Shown in pieces: positions 60,767-64,000 of a DNA stretch of 64,000 bases. The position numbers and the translations under genes are program-made. Position 1 is the first letter of the stretch. Every line of letters begins with the position of its first letter. Location of the stretch: positions 64,001 to 128,000 of IMG/VR virus record IMGVR_UViG_3300037294_000405. One strand, written 5' to 3'. The notes beneath the pieces were generated by a model that was not told the DNA's origin, ran no database searches, and saw nothing but the letters and a program-made list of their open reading frames with translations. Source of the DNA: a virus.

Positions 60767-61193
60767 AGATGAAATTTGGGATTATTGTCGTTTGAACAAT
60801 GTAACCAATATCGATGAGTTTACTATAAAATTAGTTAAGCAAGGTTTTACGGTTGAGAAATTTGGTGCCACACCATCCGTTGCTGAAAAAATAGTGAAAA
60901 AGATAGTAGAAAAGATGGTTGAAGTACCTGTTGAAGTTGAAAAAGTGGTTGAAAAAGTGGTTGAAAAAATTGTTGAGGTAATGGTTGAAAAAGAAGTTTA
61001 TATTACTGATGATTCACAAACAAAAAAAATGGTTGATAAAATTGCTAAATTACAAAAAGAATCAACAACTAATAATAGTGTACAAAGCAAATTAAAAGAA
61101 CAAATATCAAAATTAACTGAACAGTTAAAAACAGTTAATAAAGAATTAGAAAAAGAAAAAAATAAAAGTAAAACTGACATTTATGGCGAATAA
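60744..61193 (+). CDS. Hypothetical protein with VEK repeats and coiled coil
   Basis: VEKMVEVPVEVEKVVEKVVEKIVEV. Confidence 0.65.
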   Translation: MEIPKKIKDEIWDYCRLNNVTNIDEFTIKLVKQGFTVEKFGATPSVAEKIVKKIVEKMVEVPVEVEKVVEKVVEKIVEVMVEKEVYITDDSQTKKMVDKIAKLQKESTTNNSVQSKLKEQISKLTEQLKTVNKELEKEKNKSKTDIYGE

Positions 61194-61776
61194 CACAGAT
61201 ACCGCAGATAACACATTAATATCACCGTACTCCAAGATTAAAGTGTATTGGGATGACCAGCCGCACAACTACAGCAAAGAGGCTAAAAATAAGATTAGAA
61301 ACTACATAGCTAACAAGTACGGTGTTCAAAAAAACAATATAACTGTTGTTTATAGACCAGTTAGGTTCAATACCGATGGTGATGCCATTGAAATCACTGG
61401 TGCTGGTATAGAAAATATCATGGATATTAACTATCAAAGAGCGCTTATGAAAGAGTTAATTACTAGAGATGGTAAGAATATTGACTTCAACCGTATTGTT
61501 GCTTTAGATGACAAGGTAAACGGTGAATTAAATGTTGATTTAACGCAAACAACACATAGGAGCTGGTCAATTAAATGGGTCATGATAGATAATTTCTTAT
61601 CCTTTGGTGAAAGTAATTACGTTCCTTTTAGTAAATTAAAAGGTTTAACTATAGTAAATTCAGTTCCAGCTAATCAAGGTGGGAAATGTGTTAGGTCTGA
61701 CACTCAAGTAGTTATATCTTATAATCAAGATGAAATCATTAAAAAACTAGGTTTTTTACCAGATGAATTAAAATAA
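61183..61776 (+). CDS. sbcC: SbcC/Rad50/gp46 N-terminal part fused to a 29-aa split-intein N fragment
   Basis: NFLSFG...GLTIV...NQGGK (first half of Walker A) then CVRSDTQVVI. Confidence 0.85.
   Translation: MANNTDTADNTLISPYSKIKVYWDDQPHNYSKEAKNKIRNYIANKYGVQKNNITVVYRPVRFNTDGDAIEITGAGIENIMDINYQRALMKELITRDGKNIDFNRIVALDDKVNGELNVDLTQTTHRSWSIKWVMIDNFLSFGESNYVPFSKLKGLTIVNSVPANQGGKCVRSDTQVVISYNQDEIIKKLGFLPDELK
61687..61773 (+). mobile_element. Atypical short IntN (29 aa)
   Basis: CVRSDTQVVISYNQDEIIKKLGFLPDELK*; block A only. Confidence 0.8.
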
Positions 61777-61872
61777 TTTAACAAATACTTTACCTTCTTG
61801 GTTAATTGGTTATCATGAATTATTAAGGACATTATATGAAATAAGTTTAGAAATTTAAAAATAAAAAAGTAT

Positions 61873-62244
61873 ATGAATAAAGAAATTACGATAGGTGAAT
61901 TACATGAAATTTACCAAAAATACGGAGACCTAGATTTTAAAGTTGATACACCATACGGTTTTAAAGATATTGAATGGTGTGGTATTACGGAAGAAAATGC
62001 TGATGTTTATAGATGTGAACTTGAAAATGGTATGTTTGTTGAAGGTGCTGATTATCATCGTTTAAAGAAAACGGATGGTGAGTTTGTTGTACTTAAAGAA
62101 ATTAAAGTTGGTGAAATAATCCAAACTAATAATGGTGATAGTGCAGTTGCTAGTATTAAGTTATTAGAAGAAAAAGATACGTTATATGATATTCAAGTAG
62201 CGGAAGTTCACCAATATTATACAAATGGTATTGTATCACACAAT
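61873..62244 (+). mobile_element. Atypical long IntC (124 aa)
   Basis: VDTPYGFK, block B GADYHRL, blocks F/G LYDIQVAEVHQYYTNGIVSHN, then Thr+1 at 62245. Confidence 0.88.
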
Positions 62245-64000
62245 ACAACTTTAACTATTGATGCTATTAAATTTTTGTTACATGGTAACACAACAAAAAC
62301 AGATACAAACGAACAAATCTTTAACACCTACAGTAATAAGAACGAACTAGTTGTAAGGGGTATGATTGAAATCGAGGGTGAAGAAACTATCATTGAACGT
62401 AAAATGAGACGTACAGCTAAAAAAGATGGTGGTTGGACTGTTACAAATAGAGTTAACTACTACAGAATACTTCCAGATGGTGAAGAAGAAGCGTTAAATG
62501 AGGAAGATGCTACTCAAACAACTAAAAGTCTTAAAGAAACTATTGGTAGTGAAAAAGATTTTGAGATGTTAGTGTTGGCAACGGAAAAAAACTTAGATGA
62601 ACTTATTGGTTTGACCACAACTGAATCTGGAAAAGTTCTAACTAGACTTATTGGTTTAGAAATACTAGAACTTAAAGAAAAAGCGGCTAGAGAAATGTAT
62701 AATGAATTTGCTAGGAAGAAAAAATCTAATGAATATGATGTTATTACTCTAGGCGAAGAAATAGACGACCATAACGATAAAATTATTTTGGGTGAAGAAT
62801 TAGAGGTTGAGCTAAAACAAAAATTGGAGGATACTAAATCTGAAATTCAAACGCTTACTGATAGTAAAGAGTCATTAATCAATAGCAAAGAAAAAATTGA
62901 TGTTACCATTTCAGAACTTAACCCAGAAAAATTAGAAAGCGAAGTTGCTAAATTAATCGAGAAAGGTGTCGAATTTAAAGAAAATGTTGCTGGTTTAAAA
63001 GTTAAGATAATTGCAATTGGTGAAATTGAATTTGATGAAGATAAACATTTAGAATTATCTAAAGATTTTAATACAAACACTACGAACAAAGCGTTAAAAG
63101 AAGCTGAGATGACAAGACTTAAAAAAGTTGTGTCTGGTTTGATTTCTGGTGGTATTTGTCAATCGTGTAATAGAAAATTAGATGATGTAGACAACTCACT
63201 ACACATAACTAAACATGAATTGGAAATAGAAAAGTTAAGGAAGGAACTTTTGGGTGTTGATGAAACGTTAAAATCATTATCTGGTAATTTGACTATTTTA
63301 AATGAAAACAAATTGTTAATCGATAATAAAAATAAACTAGAGTTAAATGTTGATAGAATAGAAGTTGAAATGGGGTCATTGAGAAATGATGTAACCGCAA
63401 AGAAAAATGACCTTAAAAAATATCAGCTTAATTTGCATGCTATTGAGTTTAATAAAAAAATAGAGATTAAAGTTATCGACATTAAAACAAAATTGGCAGT
63501 ATGCGAATATTCAAAAGACCAAACAATTGTAAATATACAAAGGGTTCAAACAGATATACAAACTAATAAAACTAGTGTTGTTACTAAAACAAAATTAATC
63601 GAAACAATAAAAAAAGAAGAAGAAGTTGATAAGATTTTCAAGGTTTATATTGAGTTGGTTGGTAAGAAAGGTATTAGTAAATTAGTTTTGCGTTCTGTTT
63701 TACCTATTATTAATTCTGAAGCACAAAGATTGTTAGAAGATGTTGTAGATTTTGATATTGAGATATTTATGAATGATAAGAATGATGTTCAATTTTTAAT
63801 GGTTAAAGATGGTGTTTCTAAATTGTTAAAATCTGGTTCTGGTTTAGAAAAAACAGCAGCTAGTTTAGCACTTAGAGCGGTGTTAGGTAAGTTATCTACT
63901 TTACCTATGCCTAACTTTATTACTTTTGACGAAGTATTGGGTAAAGTGGCACCAGAAAATTTAGAAAAATTGAAAAATCTCTTTGATAAAATAAAAGATA
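61873..64000 (+). CDS. sbcC: IntC fused to the rest of SbcC/Rad50/gp46 ATPase; runs off the window end, absent from ORF track
   Basis: Open from ATG 61873; TTLTIDAIKFLLHG, coiled coil, zinc hook CQSC (63157), signature SGLEK, Walker B FITFDE. Confidence 0.9.
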   Translation, partial: MNKEITIGELHEIYQKYGDLDFKVDTPYGFKDIEWCGITEENADVYRCELENGMFVEGADYHRLKKTDGEFVVLKEIKVGEIIQTNNGDSAVASIKLLEEKDTLYDIQVAEVHQYYTNGIVSHNTTLTIDAIKFLLHGNTTKTDTNEQIFNTYSNKNELVVRGMIEIEGEETIIERKMRRTAKKDGGWTVTNRVNYYRILPDGEEEALNEEDATQTTKSLKETIGSEKDFEMLVLATEKNLDELIGLTTTESGKVLTRLIGLEILELKEKAAREMYNEFARKKKSNEYDVITLGEEIDDHNDKIILGEELEVELKQKLEDTKSEIQTLTDSKESLINSKEKIDVTISELNPEKLESEVAKLIEKGVEFKENVAGLKVKIIAIGEIEFDEDKHLELSKDFNTNTTNKALKEAEMTRLKKVVSGLISGGICQSCNRKLDDVDNSLHITKHELEIEKLRKELLGVDETLKSLSGNLTILNENKLLIDNKNKLELNVDRIEVEMGSLRNDVTAKKNDLKKYQLNLHAIEFNKKIEIKVIDIKTKLAVCEYSKDQTIVNIQRVQTDIQTNKTSVVTKTKLIETIKKEEEVDKIFKVYIELVGKKGISKLVLRSVLPIINSEAQRLLEDVVDFDIEIFMNDKNDVQFLMVKDGVSKLLKSGSGLEKTAASLALRAVLGKLSTLPMPNFITFDEVLGKVAPENLEKLKNLFDKIKD

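Noticed and set aside
1034-63089. Many 60-150 aa minus-strand or nested ORFs in the track (e.g. 18383..18823, 30811..31143, 32097..32492, 62847..63089)
   Set aside because: All overlap well-supported plus-strand genes; 62847..63089 lies inside the SbcC frame the track missed
1-64000. Stop-codon reassignment as in some large Bacteroidota phages
   Set aside because: Coding density is high in the standard code, and TAG (17037, 24471) and TGA (60536) end genes at expected positions

Overview
Window from a large, AT-rich, T4-like myovirus genome read in the standard genetic code. Repeated TTG-N20-TAnnTTTG promoters, A-rich leaders without Shine-Dalgarno sites and SprB-like repeats point to a Bacteroidota host. 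Gene order: tail chaperone, tape measure, baseplate and a two-hydrolase tail lysin (0.2-17 kb); replication and recombination genes gp32, UvsX, 5'-3' exonuclease, gp41, NrdB and NrdA (19-29 kb); baseplate and tail-fibre module (30-53 kb); RuvC, primase, PD-(D/E)XK nuclease, Dda-like helicase, SbcD and SbcC (54-64 kb). Main signals: (1) Three intron-less, intein-less homing-endonuclease cassettes sit inside conserved genes (gp25 5' end, ruvC 5' end, ruvC 3' end). Each restores the gene with a diverged replacement copy of the severed end and leaves the other copy as an orphan, so ruvC is a mosaic flanked by both displaced termini. (2) An atypically split intein (29 aa IntN, 124 aa IntC, Thr+1) interrupts the Walker A motif of SbcC/gp46; its C-terminal gene is missing from the ORF track. 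(3) nrdA is fractured by a canonical split intein with a hairpin-preceded GIY-YIG gene between the halves. Also seen: a probable +1/-2 tail-chaperone frameshift, a promoter/AT-repeat/terminator unit resembling a replication origin, probable leaderless mRNAs and a TATTTAT late-promoter motif. No tRNA, rRNA or CRISPR array was seen. All product calls come from motif recognition by eye, not database searches.
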